A DNA stretch of 64,000 nucleotides, from positions 22,733-86,732 of the forward strand of contig DATNHM010000056.1 in NCBI GenBank assembly GCA_035604955.1. Reading direction: 5' to 3'. The DNA is from Candidatus Limnocylindrales bacterium (GTDB taxonomy: Bacteria; Verrucomicrobiota; Verrucomicrobiia; Limisphaerales; UBA11358). Position 1 is the stretch's first letter. Each line of letters begins with the position of its first letter. This document shows positions 1 to 9,648 of this stretch, piece by piece. A program made the translations under genes and the position numbers. The notes under the pieces were generated by a model that saw only the letters and a list, made by a program, of their open reading frames with translations, was not told the DNA's origin and searched no databases.

Positions 1-967
1 GGTCCAGGAAAATTTCACAAACGCGGAAGAAATCGGCGGCCGTTTCTACACGGCGGATTTCAAACAGGAATTTTTCATTGATGCCTTCGCCAATGAAGTT
101 CATGAACTTCTTCATCCGCTGCACTTGCGCTGATTCTTTCACGTCAGGCGTGATCTCGCCTTCCCGGAGTTCGCGGATGTAAGCCAGCACATCGCGGCCG
201 GTGGGCAGTGTGATTTTTTCGCCGCGCAACCCGGCGCGAATTTGATCAAACAGCCATGGATTACGAATCGCGCCGCGTCCGATCATCAACCCGCGGGCGC
301 CGGTTTCCGCGAGCAATTGTTTCGCCTGCGCGGCGCCGTGGACGTTGCCGTTCGCCAGCACGGGGCATTTCAATTCCTGCACCGCCCGCGCAATCAAATC
401 ATAGCGCACGCCGGGCCGATACATCTGCTTTACAGTGCGGGCGTGGATGGTGAGCAAATCAATCGGATGCTTCGCAAACAGCGGCAGTAACGCGTCGAAT
501 TCGGCGGGCGATTCGAAGCCAATGCGGGTTTTGACGGTGAACGGAAGCGTCACGGCGTCGCGAAGCGCGCCGAGGATGGCATCAATCTTTTGCGGTTCGC
601 GCAACAGCCCGCCACCTGCGCATTTGCGATAAACCACCGGTGCGGGACAACCGAGATTCAATTCAATTGCGGCGACGGGATATTCTTGCAGCCCCTTTGC
701 GGTGCCAACCAGCGCCGGGACATCGTTGCCAATGAGCTGAGCCACAACAGGTTTTCCGGTGGGATTTTCGGTGATGGACTGGAGAATCCATTTATCGAGT
801 TGGGACTGGCTGTAAACCCGGAAGTATTCCGTCCAATAGACATCCGGCCCGCCATAACGCGCGATAACGCGCATGAAGCTGAGCGTCGTCACGTCCTGCA
901 TCGGCGCGAGCGCAAGCAATGGAGCTTCACTGCGGAGCAGTTTTGAAAATACTGCGGACGGAATCAC
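1..967 (-). CDS. dus: tRNA-dihydrouridine synthase (Dus family); C-terminal end runs off the window
   Basis: Not in the ORF track because there is no stop inside the window. Manual reverse-strand translation gives ...LAPMQDVTTLSFMRVIARYGGPDVYWTEY...ELNLGCPAPVVYRKCAGGGLLREP...TVKTRIGF...LTIHARTVKQMY...ANGNV...GLMIGRGAIRNPWLF, a Dus-type FMN barrel signature. Start is ambiguous: GTG at 967 or ATG at 901. Confidence 0.8.
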   Translation of the reverse strand, partial: MIPSAVFSKLLRSEAPLLALAPMQDVTTLSFMRVIARYGGPDVYWTEYFRVYSQSQLDKWILQSITENPTGKPVVAQLIGNDVPALVGTAKGLQEYPVAAIELNLGCPAPVVYRKCAGGGLLREPQKIDAILGALRDAVTLPFTVKTRIGFESPAEFDALLPLFAKHPIDLLTIHARTVKQMYRPGVRYDLIARAVQELKCPVLANGNVHGAAQAKQLLAETGARGLMIGRGAIRNPWLFDQIRAGLRGEKITLPTGRDVLAYIRELREGEITPDVKESAQVQRMKKFMNFIGEGINEKFLFEIRRVETAADFFRVCEIFLD

Positions 968-1048
968 ACGCGATGTTAAACGGGATAAACCGGGAAAGGC
1001 GAATAATTCTTGCCTTTGCCGACGGTGTCCGCAACTTGAGGGGCAGTC

Positions 1049-2089
1049 ATGCGTGGAAACATTTTCATCGGCACGGACAGCGGCGCGACCACCTCAAAAA
1101 TCGCCGCCGTCCGGGAAAACGGCGAGGCTATTACCACCCGGATTCTTCAGCGGCCGACCAATGCGCAGAGCGGGCGCGAGGCCGTCATCAGCGGCTGGAT
1201 TGCGGGTATCAACGAATTTCTCGCGCAGAATCGCCTGGAATGGCCGCAGGTCCAGGGCGTCGGTCTCGCCATCCCCGGCCCCTACGAACGTTACGGCGTG
1301 CTCGGCAAGTCCGCCAATTTCCCGGCGGGTTTTGCGGGCTGGAACGTCCATCAGGAATACAGCGCGGCGCTGGCCCGGCAGGCCGGGCGACCGGTGCAAC
1401 TGACCGTGAACAACGACGGCCATTGCGGCGGCGTGGCCGAGGCACGGATGGCGCGAGGCGACCGCAAGCGGTCGGTGCTGATGCTGATGCCCGGCTCCGG
1501 CCTGGGCAGCGCGTTTGTGGATGAAAACGGCCTGCCGCTCATCGGTCAGACGCTGACCGCCATGGAAACCGCCCACATGGCCGCGCCGCTGCATCTGTTC
1601 GGCCTCGACAGCCCGCCGTTCCCCTGCGGTTGCGGGAGAAATTGGGGCTGCGTTGAAGCCTATACCGCCATCTCCGGCCTGCCGCATCTGCTGGGGGAAA
1701 AATTGAAAAAATTTCCCGACCACGAGCTCGCCCGGTCTACCGCGCCGGTGAAGGAAAAAGTCTTGTCACTCCGCAGCCGCGCACAAAAGGGCGACGCGCT
1801 GGCGGAGGAGATTTTCGATTTCCAGGCGCGGGCGATGGGTTTCCACGTGGCGAACCTGGTGATTCTTCTCGATCCGGGCATCGTCATCATTGGCGGCGGG
1901 CTGATGGATCACGAAACAACCACGCCGGAATTCCGCGAGCGCTACCTGCGCATCGTTCGCGAGACCGCCATGCCTTATCTCTGGCCAGCCCAGCGTGACA
2001 CCCTCAAAATTGTCCCCGCGGTGCTGGGCGAATTATCACAGGCCATCGGCGCCGCGCTGGTGGCTTTTTATCAAAGCCGCGAAACTTGA
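1049..2089 (+). CDS. ROK-family sugar kinase (glucokinase/N-acetylhexosamine kinase-like)
   Basis: 346-aa ORF. N-terminal ATP-binding IGTDSGATTSK, and the ROK zinc motif PCGCGRNWGCVEAY followed by IIGGGL. Confidence 0.85.
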   Translation: MRGNIFIGTDSGATTSKIAAVRENGEAITTRILQRPTNAQSGREAVISGWIAGINEFLAQNRLEWPQVQGVGLAIPGPYERYGVLGKSANFPAGFAGWNVHQEYSAALARQAGRPVQLTVNNDGHCGGVAEARMARGDRKRSVLMLMPGSGLGSAFVDENGLPLIGQTLTAMETAHMAAPLHLFGLDSPPFPCGCGRNWGCVEAYTAISGLPHLLGEKLKKFPDHELARSTAPVKEKVLSLRSRAQKGDALAEEIFDFQARAMGFHVANLVILLDPGIVIIGGGLMDHETTTPEFRERYLRIVRETAMPYLWPAQRDTLKIVPAVLGELSQAIGAALVAFYQSRET

Positions 2090-2151
2090 CACGAATTTCA
2101 CGAATTGAATTGGGCTTGAGCACCCCGATAAGACGGTATCACATGTCTTGC

Positions 2152-2844
2152 TCAGGGCTTTGAATAATCTGTAACGTGATTAGTCGAGCCGTCCTTGTTA
2201 TACCAAACTCCAAATCCAACTCTGACATTATTGCTATATTGCACCTGATATTGAATCTGTCCGGAGGGAAAATATTGAGTGTATAAACCGTTCGCTTTCC
2301 AATTTTCATAGTGCCAGACCTGACTTTTTGAACCATTTGGATAGAAGGACGTAAATTCACCAGAACGGCTACCGTTGGTGTAATTGGCTTCTGAGGATTT
2401 TTGACCATTGGCATAATATGTGATCCAAACGCCGCTGAAATTGGTAGCCGGCAACATAAAATAATCGCGCCATCTCGATACAAGTTTCCATCCCGTGAGA
2501 GGTCTGGCGTGAATATCATTGTTGTTGAACTCGCAACCGAGAAGCCAATAATCGTCTAGCCGATATTCCCGATATTCACCTATACCTCCGAACCCAGTTT
2601 CAGGCTGAGCGCTTAACTTGTAAGAGCGCAACAACGCCAAGATATTCGTCTCATCTTCGCCGTTTCTAATGTGGCAGGTGAAGAAGAACCATTTGAGTTT
2701 GGATGGCGGCTTGGCAGTGGCTCGAAGAATTTTTGCAGTGGCATCTCTAGTTGCCTGGGACGGAGAAGCAAGGTCTGCCGTCGGAGCGGTAGCAGGTTTG
2801 CATCCTGAGATTAGAATCAGCAACACTGCAAAGAATCGTTTCAT
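2152..2844 (-). CDS. MORN-repeat-variant (YwqK-like) lipoprotein
   Basis: Internal start MKRFFAVLLILISGCKP (lipobox LISGC) chosen over the longer ORF-track start at 2934. The C-terminal half has repeats of the type YYANGQKSSEANYTNGSRSGEFTSFYPNGSKSQVWHYENWKANGLYTQYFPSGQIQYQVQY. The gene is visibly AT-richer than its neighbours. Confidence 0.6.
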   Translation of the reverse strand: MKRFFAVLLILISGCKPATAPTADLASPSQATRDATAKILRATAKPPSKLKWFFFTCHIRNGEDETNILALLRSYKLSAQPETGFGGIGEYREYRLDDYWLLGCEFNNNDIHARPLTGWKLVSRWRDYFMLPATNFSGVWITYYANGQKSSEANYTNGSRSGEFTSFYPNGSKSQVWHYENWKANGLYTQYFPSGQIQYQVQYSNNVRVGFGVWYNKDGSTNHVTDYSKP

Positions 2845-2981
2845 GAAATCTGCAATTGTCGGCGCCTGGTTCTGGCGCGCTGCATTACCAAACCACTTTC
2901 CCCAATTTCCATCAAGCCTTAACCGTTCACCCACTTTTGTTCAGTTGAACTTGGCCGCCGTATCGGCTATGGTGTGACCCT

Positions 2982-4358
2982 ATGACTTTGACGGAAAAAA
3001 TCCTCGCCCGGGCGGCCGGCAAGCCGCGCGTGCAGGCCGGCGACAATATCTGGGTGAACGCCGACGTGCTTATGACGCACGATGTATGCGGGCCGGGCAC
3101 CATCGGCGTGTTCAAACGCGAGTTCGGCCAGGACGCGAAGGTCTGGGACAAAACCCGGATCGTCATCATCCCCGACCACTACATTTTTACCGCCGATTCC
3201 AAGTCCAACCGCAACGTGGACATCCTGCGCGATTTCGTGAAGGAACAGGACATCGCGTATTTCTACGACGTGATTGACGACCCGAACGGCCACTGGCATT
3301 TCGACACGGGCAAGGGCCATCTAAAGAAGCAGTACGGCTCGCATTACGCGGGCGTCTGCCACACGGCCTTGCCGCAAAAGGGCCACACGCGGCCCGGCGA
3401 AATCCTGTTCGGCACGGACTCGCACACCTGTATGGCGGGCGCGTTCAACCAGTTCGCGACCGGCATCGGCAACACGGACGCGGGCTTCGTCATGGGCACG
3501 GGCAAGTTGCTCATCAAGGTGCCCGAGACGATGCATTTCCGGCTCGAAGGCAAATTGCAGCCGGGCGTGATGGCCAAGGACGTGATTCTCCATTGCATCG
3601 GCGAAATCGGCTTCGACGGCGCAACGTATCGCGCGATGCAATTCGACGGGCCGGGCGCGGCGTCACTCTCGATTGACGACCGCATGACCATCGCGAACAT
3701 GGCCATCGAGGCGGGTGGCAAGAACGGCATTTTTGAATTCGATTCGCGCACGCAGGAATACGTGGACGCGCGGGTAAAATTGAACGGCACGAAATCCACT
3801 TACAAGCCGGTCGAGCCGGACAAGGACCAGAAATTCGTGTACGAGCTGGTCGTGAACCTCGACCAGCTTGAACCAACGGTGGCGTGTCATCCCGATCCGG
3901 GCCAGCGCAAGAAAGCGAAAGAGATGGGACACATCAAGCTCGACCGCGCTTATGTCGGCTCCTGTACCGGCGGCAAGACGAGCGATTTTGTTGAGTTCGC
4001 CCGCGTGTTGCGCGGGCATCACGTGGCCATTGACACGTTCGGCGTGCCAGCGACGCCGGAGATTGTGCGTGATTTGCAGACGACTTACTGGGGCAAACAG
4101 ACCGTCTGGGACATCCTCGTGGACGCCGGCGTGCAGATGACCGAGAACGCCGGTTGCGCCGCGTGCCTCGGCGGGCCGGTGGACACATTTGGCCGCATCA
4201 ACAAGCCCGGCATCAAATGCATCAGCGCGACGAACCGGAATTTTCCCGGCCGCATGGGCGACAAGGAATCACAGGTGTTCCTCGCCTCACCGATGACGGT
4301 GGCCGCGAGCGCGATTGCGGGGAAAATTGTGGATCCGCGCGAGTATTTGGTGAATTAA
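2982..4358 (+). CDS. leuC: aconitase-family dehydratase large subunit (3-isopropylmalate / homoaconitate dehydratase LeuC/HacA type)
   Basis: 458-aa ORF. MTLTEKILARAAGK..VQAGDNIWVNADVLMTHDVCGPG, GTDSHTCMAGAF, and Fe-S cysteines in VGSCTGG and AGCAACLGG. No small subunit gene follows it. Confidence 0.75.
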   Translation: MTLTEKILARAAGKPRVQAGDNIWVNADVLMTHDVCGPGTIGVFKREFGQDAKVWDKTRIVIIPDHYIFTADSKSNRNVDILRDFVKEQDIAYFYDVIDDPNGHWHFDTGKGHLKKQYGSHYAGVCHTALPQKGHTRPGEILFGTDSHTCMAGAFNQFATGIGNTDAGFVMGTGKLLIKVPETMHFRLEGKLQPGVMAKDVILHCIGEIGFDGATYRAMQFDGPGAASLSIDDRMTIANMAIEAGGKNGIFEFDSRTQEYVDARVKLNGTKSTYKPVEPDKDQKFVYELVVNLDQLEPTVACHPDPGQRKKAKEMGHIKLDRAYVGSCTGGKTSDFVEFARVLRGHHVAIDTFGVPATPEIVRDLQTTYWGKQTVWDILVDAGVQMTENAGCAACLGGPVDTFGRINKPGIKCISATNRNFPGRMGDKESQVFLASPMTVAASAIAGKIVDPREYLVN

Positions 4359-4402
4359 ATCATTTCGCTTGTAACTTAAATCGTCCGCCGCATGATTTCA
4401 TC

Positions 4403-4966
4403 GTGCGAGCAAAGTGGTGGACAATTGTACTGTGGCTGCCGCTGCTGACAGGCGGATGCGCGACGGAAGCGCTTTGGAACAAAACCCAACTGGATGCCTG
4501 GAACGAACCTGCCGACAACTCCAGGCTGCAACTGTTCGACGCCAGCCGGCAAAAGGATTTTCTGGTTATTTATGAAGAATACTCGGAACGACACGATTCA
4601 ACCCGCACCCGAGCCTATTTTTTGAATCGAAACGCAAAACGCGTCGAGCAGGGGCGCAAGCCGCACTTTGTCAGCGCTCGTTGGTCACACAAACTGCCGC
4701 CGGTACCGGTATCCCAAACCCCGCCTGTATCCGGCACGAATTTCCCGCAAACCATTTTCGCCGTTATCTCAACCAACACACAGTCCTTCACAATTTATTC
4801 CAGCGAACACAGAACGAACCATGATTTGCCGGTGTATAACGATGGCTGGGGACGGATTGACCGGATGGCTTTGACGCCGGTGGCGGTCGTGGCGGATTTG
4901 ACCATCCTTGGTGGCTGCCTTGGTTACATCTGGTTGCAAAGCGGCGGGCCTGGTTACTCTCGTTGA
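4403..4966 (+). CDS. hypothetical lipoprotein with C-terminal TM segment
   Basis: In-frame GTG at 4403 gives VRAKWWTIVLWLPLLTGGCATE (signal plus lipobox). The ORF-track start at 4154 would overlap leuC by 200 nt. No recognisable family. Confidence 0.45.
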   Translation: MRAKWWTIVLWLPLLTGGCATEALWNKTQLDAWNEPADNSRLQLFDASRQKDFLVIYEEYSERHDSTRTRAYFLNRNAKRVEQGRKPHFVSARWSHKLPPVPVSQTPPVSGTNFPQTIFAVISTNTQSFTIYSSEHRTNHDLPVYNDGWGRIDRMALTPVAVVADLTILGGCLGYIWLQSGGPGYSR

Positions 4967-5110
4967 AGTTTCAAACCGGATTTTGCAGAAGAAGAATTTT
5001 TAAGGTTTCGCCGGCTTCGCAGCAATAAATAAATCGTGGAGGTCACGCCGTTGTCTGGAATTGCTGACCCGCGCGAGTATCCAGGAAATTAGCTGCGGAG
5101 GTTCAGCGTC

Positions 5111-5860
5111 TTACCGGCTGCTGAACTTTTCCAACTCCGCAATGAAGGCCCTCGGACCACCGGCGGCATAGCCCACCTGCCGTCCCAGCTCATTGCCCGC
5201 ATAGTCCACCAACACATAGGTTGGATAACCGGTGACATGGTATCGGTCCGCGAGCGCCCGATTGGCTTGTTTGAGCGCGTCATCCTGGGGCTTGGTGCGC
5301 GGAAAATCCACCAACACCAATTCCAGATGGTTTTGGGCATACGTGGCGAATTGGTCCGTTTCCAATACTTCATGGTCAAACTTGATGCACCACGGACACC
5401 AATCCGAACCGGTAAAGTCGAGTAGTACCATTTTACCGTCCGTCCTTGCCTGCGCCAGCGTCTGGGAAAAATCAGTGCTCCAGTTCAAGTCCGACGTGTG
5501 GGTGATGGCTGATGGTCGCGGCCGGCTTTCGCCGGACGGTGCAGGCGCGGCGGGAGCATAAATGACAACCCGTTGATATGCGGCGTTGGCCCGGGCTTGT
5601 TTTTGTTCCACCTGACCGGCATTTACCGGATTATAGTGAAAATATTTTTGCAGGTCAGGGCTGAGGCTCTTCAACTTCGCGTTGGCCATGCCTTTGCCAT
5701 TGTTGTAGGTGAAAAAAACATCGGTGGCGGTAACACTGAGCACGGTGATATTACTATAAATGTCAGTGCCGGACTGAAGCACCGGCAGTTTTTCATCAGC
5801 CCAAACCGACACCGCACCCAGCAAACCGAGAGCGGTAATTATGGTAAGACGCAGGTTCAT
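5111..5860 (-). CDS. secreted thioredoxin-fold protein (CPWC active site)
   Basis: Signal peptide MNLRLTIITALGLLGAVSVWA. C-terminal domain KMVLLDFTGSDWCPWCIKFDHEVL...VTGYPTYVLVD is typical of Thioredoxin_7/DsbD-gamma-like proteins. Confidence 0.75.
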   Translation of the reverse strand: MNLRLTIITALGLLGAVSVWADEKLPVLQSGTDIYSNITVLSVTATDVFFTYNNGKGMANAKLKSLSPDLQKYFHYNPVNAGQVEQKQARANAAYQRVVIYAPAAPAPSGESRPRPSAITHTSDLNWSTDFSQTLAQARTDGKMVLLDFTGSDWCPWCIKFDHEVLETDQFATYAQNHLELVLVDFPRTKPQDDALKQANRALADRYHVTGYPTYVLVDYAGNELGRQVGYAAGGPRAFIAELEKFSSR

Positions 5861-5977
5861 GCCGGCTGTTACAGCAAGCTACCTGCCAAATTTCTTCCCG
5901 TAAAAGCAATGTGAAAGGGCGAGCGCTAACGCCCCTCTAGTTCGGCAGATCGCCGGGAAACGTCTGCGGACGCTTCG

Positions 5978-7516
5978 TCAGGGCGAGGTCACCTGGTAGA
6001 AGCGCTGCGGGCTGTTCGGCGCCTGCGCATCGGTGAACTGGAACTGGCCTGAGGTGATTACAATCGGCGCGCCCAGCATGGTCCAACTGCTGAACGGCAG
6101 CGCGAGATTGGTGGTACTGAACACGGTGAAACTGGCGCCGGGCGTGTTGGTAAAGGTGTTGGTAAAGGAGAACTGGAACGAGCCGTTGCCACTCTCCGCA
6201 GGTCTGGTCAAACGCAGCGGATTGCCACCGAGGGGTTTCTGTGCCTCGAACGCGCCGATGTCGCTGCCGTCGCCGCCAAAGGCGTTGGGAATGCCGGGAA
6301 AATCAATGGGCCGCTGGAAGCCGCGCTGGTCGGTGTTGAGATGCAATCCCGGGGCGGCGTAGCGGTTGCCCTGATCTATGGCCGGGCTGCCCCACAACAG
6401 CGCGTGCGTAAAGGTCGGGCCGCCGTTGTTCTGCAACGGACCGAGCAGCGGATTCGTGTTGATCTGGTCAGCCGTACTGGTCAAGTAGCCGCCGCCGTCA
6501 TCACTGCTCAAGTTGTAACCGTCCGAGGTGACCGTGCCAGCGAGAGAGAAGATTGTTGCGCCCGACGTGCCGGCATTGAGGATGGTGTCCCCGATCTCTA
6601 GCGTCGCGCTGCCATCGAACCTGCCGTCGTTCTCGATCCCGCCGTCGCCGGCTGAATTGCCGCTGAAAGTGCCGGCGTTAATCGTCAGCGTCACACTGCT
6701 GCCACCCCACGCCCCACCGTTGATGATGGCCCCGCCGCCGCCGGCCGTGTTGGTGCTGAAGGTGCTGACGTTGATCGTCAGCGTCGCGTTGCCGTACCCG
6801 CCGTCGTTGAAGATGCCGCCGCCGTAGTTGGCCCAGTTGCCGCTAAGGGTGCTGGCGTTGACCGCCAGCATCGCGCTGCCGTACTCGCCGTCGTTGAAGA
6901 TGCCGCCGCCGACGGATGCGTTGTTGCCGCTGAGGGTGCTGGCGTTGACTGTCATTGTCGAATTGCTGTTGTAGATGCCGCCGCCTGAACCGCCCGGAGC
7001 GCCATTGCCGGAGATGGTGCAGTTACTGATTGTCACACTGGAGCTGTTGTAGATGCCGCCGCCGTCCAGCAAGGTGCTATTATTGGTAATGACACTGCCA
7101 GTCAAGGTAAACACACTTCCGGCGCCGCCCCCGGCGTAAATCCCCGCGCCGTTCAGGTTGGTAGTGTTGCCATTGGCAATCGTCAGCCCGCTGATGGTCA
7201 CATTGGTTCCAGTGACATTGAACACGCGGGAGGCGTTGTTGCCGCTCACCGTTAGCGCACTGGCGCCGGGACCGAGCATGGTCACGCTGTTGGGAACGTT
7301 CAGTTGGCCGTTGGTCAAAACGATTGTGCCGGTGACGCCGGTCATGTCAATGGTGTCGCCATTGGTTGCACTAGCGAGCGAGGCGCGCAGCGAACCGGAG
7401 CCGCTGTCATTGGTGCTGGTGACGGTGTAGGTTGTCGCCCGCAGACGGATGGGCGTGGCGCACAATAACGCCAACAAAGCGATGCGGAGGGTGAGTGAGG
7501 TGAGCTTGGTTTTCAT
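5978..7516 (-). CDS. secreted parallel beta-helix repeat protein (choice-of-anchor-Q-like) with a conserved C-terminal ~70-aa domain
   Basis: Signal peptide. Repeated coils NASTLSGN.A..GGGIFNDG.YG.A.L (about 87-nt DNA repeats around 6800-6960). The motif NPLLGPLQNNGGPTFTHALLWGSPAIDQG is typical of choice-of-anchor Q proteins. C-terminus FTVFSTTNLALPFSSWTMLG...GQFQFTD...PQRFYQVTSP resembles the terminal domains of the 3066-aa protein. Confidence 0.7.
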   Translation of the reverse strand: MKTKLTSLTLRIALLALLCATPIRLRATTYTVTSTNDSGSGSLRASLASATNGDTIDMTGVTGTIVLTNGQLNVPNSVTMLGPGASALTVSGNNASRVFNVTGTNVTISGLTIANGNTTNLNGAGIYAGGGAGSVFTLTGSVITNNSTLLDGGGIYNSSSVTISNCTISGNGAPGGSGGGIYNSNSTMTVNASTLSGNNASVGGGIFNDGEYGSAMLAVNASTLSGNWANYGGGIFNDGGYGNATLTINVSTFSTNTAGGGGAIINGGAWGGSSVTLTINAGTFSGNSAGDGGIENDGRFDGSATLEIGDTILNAGTSGATIFSLAGTVTSDGYNLSSDDGGGYLTSTADQINTNPLLGPLQNNGGPTFTHALLWGSPAIDQGNRYAAPGLHLNTDQRGFQRPIDFPGIPNAFGGDGSDIGAFEAQKPLGGNPLRLTRPAESGNGSFQFSFTNTFTNTPGASFTVFSTTNLALPFSSWTMLGAPIVITSGQFQFTDAQAPNSPQRFYQVTSP

Positions 7517-7758
7517 AGATTCGGGTTCCGGTTTTTTTTGTACGCGGGTCGTTGGTTGAAACAGACGCGGCTCAGCGGCTCGTGGTGGAACTTTTATAAT
7601 TCCTATTGCTTATCGTCAAAGCACAACTAAATAGCAAGATTAATGTTATTGAATTTTGACCTTGCCCGAGGCCGGCTAGCGGCCAGCCGGACTCAGCGCT
7701 CAGGGACATTACCCGAAATTCCGGGCACAGAAGCGAAAGAATGGCAGATGCTTGAGCT

Positions 7759-9579
7759 TTATTTCGCCACTTCGGATGCGCCAGGAAGAGGTGGCCTCGG
7801 CGGCTTCGTCGGTTTTTCCCCAGATTCAGGCTGGCCGGTGTCCGAACCGGCCGGCGCAGGCGGAAGTGCCTGCTCATCCAGCGGATGTTCGTGCTTCTGC
7901 CATTCCTCGGACACGCGGCCGTTCCAGCACGCCGTGTTCAGCGGATAGATGTCGGGATCAAAAATGACGTGATAGAAATGCCAGACCACAATGGCCAGGC
8001 AGGCCAGCACGGCCTCGTAGTAATGAATCGTCAGCGCCACGTCCACAATCCAGCGCGGCAGGAACCGGGTCACGTCCAGCTTGAACCAGATCATCAACCC
8101 GGTCGCGCCCATGATGATGGTGCCCCACAATACAGCCCAGTATTCCATTTTCTCCGCATAACCGAACCGGCCGACTTTTGGCTTTTCGTCGCTCAATCCG
8201 ACGAGAAAACGCGCCATACATCGCAGGTCGGTGAAGTCTTTCTTCACCGGCAGCAAATCCTTGACCAGTCGCCGACCTTCCCTGGTCATCACAATGTGGA
8301 TAAGGTGATAAAGCCCCGTCAGCAGCAGCACGATGCCGGCGATGCGATGAATCCAGCGGCGCACGGGTTCGCTCGAACCGAGCATCTGCGCCAGACCCGA
8401 ATCGGGAAATTTCAAGGCGAACCCCGTGATGGCCAGAGTGATGAAGCTCAACGCCAGTACGGCGTGTTGCCAGCGGTGCGACAATCCCATGCGGAGCACA
8501 GGCCGACCGCTGGCGCGCAGATGGGCCGCGACTTTTTTGTGGAACAACAGGACGTTGTGCACGAGCATCGCGCCGACCACGACGAAGATCAGCGCCAGAT
8601 AAATCCGCCGCACCCACCAGTTGATTTTGCCCGCCAAATCCCGCCGTTCGGGCGTCGCCGACAGGTCCGAGTGAATTTTGCCGCTCACGAACATTTTATC
8701 CGCGCCGGGATGGCAACTTCCGCACGTGGCGACGAGATTATTGGTGTTGATGCTCGAACGCGGGTCGGATGACGGAAGAATAAAATGGTAGCCGTGGCAA
8801 CTGGCGCAGTTGGCAACGACGGTTGAGCCGTTTTGCGCCGCCAATCCGTGATAACTTTCCAGATAAGTTTTTACCCGGTCGTCCGGGAGATTGTACTTTT
8901 GATCGAGATAGACCGAGGCGTGGCAACGGCTGCAAACTCCGGAAATTTCCAGCGGCGTTCCATCTTTCAGCGCTTCGATTTTATGTTCCGAATGGCAATC
9001 GGTGCAGGTGGGTGCGTCGCGCTGGCCGGTGGCCATGGCCTTGCCGTGAACGCTGCCCGCCACGTCGCGCGCTTCCTGCGCGTGACAACGGCCGCACGTC
9101 TGTGCCTGCTGCACAAAGTGGAGCGGAGACGCCGGCGATGTCGGCGGGAGAATGCCATGCGAACCGTGGCAATCCACGCAGGTGGCGGCATCCTCGTGGC
9201 CCGCCTTGCGCGCCAGGCCGTGAACGCTGGCGCCATAGCTTTCACCCTGCGGTTCATGGCACCGCGCACAATTCACCGGCGGCACAGGCCGGCTGTCAAC
9301 GGGATGCGCCGGCGTGATGTCGGTATGACAACTGACACAGGAATTTGTTTTGTGGACTGACGCCGCAAATTTGGCTTCGTCCACGAACAATGAGATCGCC
9401 CGACCGGCGGCATTGGTGGCCGTTAGTGTGTTGTCCGCATGGCAAACCAGGCAATCGTTGTTCGACATCGCCGGCGCCGCCGCGGCCCCGGCGGCGAGAA
9501 CCAGCCCGAACCCGGTCAAGGCGACTTTTAGCGTTCGTACAACATTGCCCACTCTATAAAAATCCGTGGGCCCGGGCAA
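7759..9579 (-). CDS. nine-haem c-type cytochrome fused to a membrane di-haem cytochrome b (FdnI/HydC-like) domain; CbcL-like
   Basis: Nine CxxCH motifs counted: CLVCH, CVSCH, CARCH, CVDCH, CGRCH, CTDCH, CSRCH, CASCH, CGSCH. These are followed by 4-5 TM helices with conserved His (HRWQH, HRIAG, HYYEA). Confidence 0.85.
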   Translation of the reverse strand: MPGPTDFYRVGNVVRTLKVALTGFGLVLAAGAAAAPAMSNNDCLVCHADNTLTATNAAGRAISLFVDEAKFAASVHKTNSCVSCHTDITPAHPVDSRPVPPVNCARCHEPQGESYGASVHGLARKAGHEDAATCVDCHGSHGILPPTSPASPLHFVQQAQTCGRCHAQEARDVAGSVHGKAMATGQRDAPTCTDCHSEHKIEALKDGTPLEISGVCSRCHASVYLDQKYNLPDDRVKTYLESYHGLAAQNGSTVVANCASCHGYHFILPSSDPRSSINTNNLVATCGSCHPGADKMFVSGKIHSDLSATPERRDLAGKINWWVRRIYLALIFVVVGAMLVHNVLLFHKKVAAHLRASGRPVLRMGLSHRWQHAVLALSFITLAITGFALKFPDSGLAQMLGSSEPVRRWIHRIAGIVLLLTGLYHLIHIVMTREGRRLVKDLLPVKKDFTDLRCMARFLVGLSDEKPKVGRFGYAEKMEYWAVLWGTIIMGATGLMIWFKLDVTRFLPRWIVDVALTIHYYEAVLACLAIVVWHFYHVIFDPDIYPLNTACWNGRVSEEWQKHEHPLDEQALPPAPAGSDTGQPESGEKPTKPPRPPLPGASEVAK

Positions 9580-9648
9580 AAACGCTCTACGCGGCTTGGC
9601 ATTTGTTGCGCCTTTTTTGGCGGTGACGGATGCGGATCCTCCACGCCA

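Noticed and set aside
242-946. Plus-strand ORFs at 242-490, 256-453, 435-632 and 590-946.
   Set aside because: They lie opposite the edge-truncated Dus-family gene, which gives a continuous, motif-bearing reverse-strand translation from 967 to the window edge.
4154-4402. The upstream part of ORF 4154-4966, overlapping the last 205 nt of the dehydratase gene.
   Set aside because: The overlap with a well-supported gene is implausible. An in-frame GTG at 4403 gives a clean signal peptide plus lipobox.
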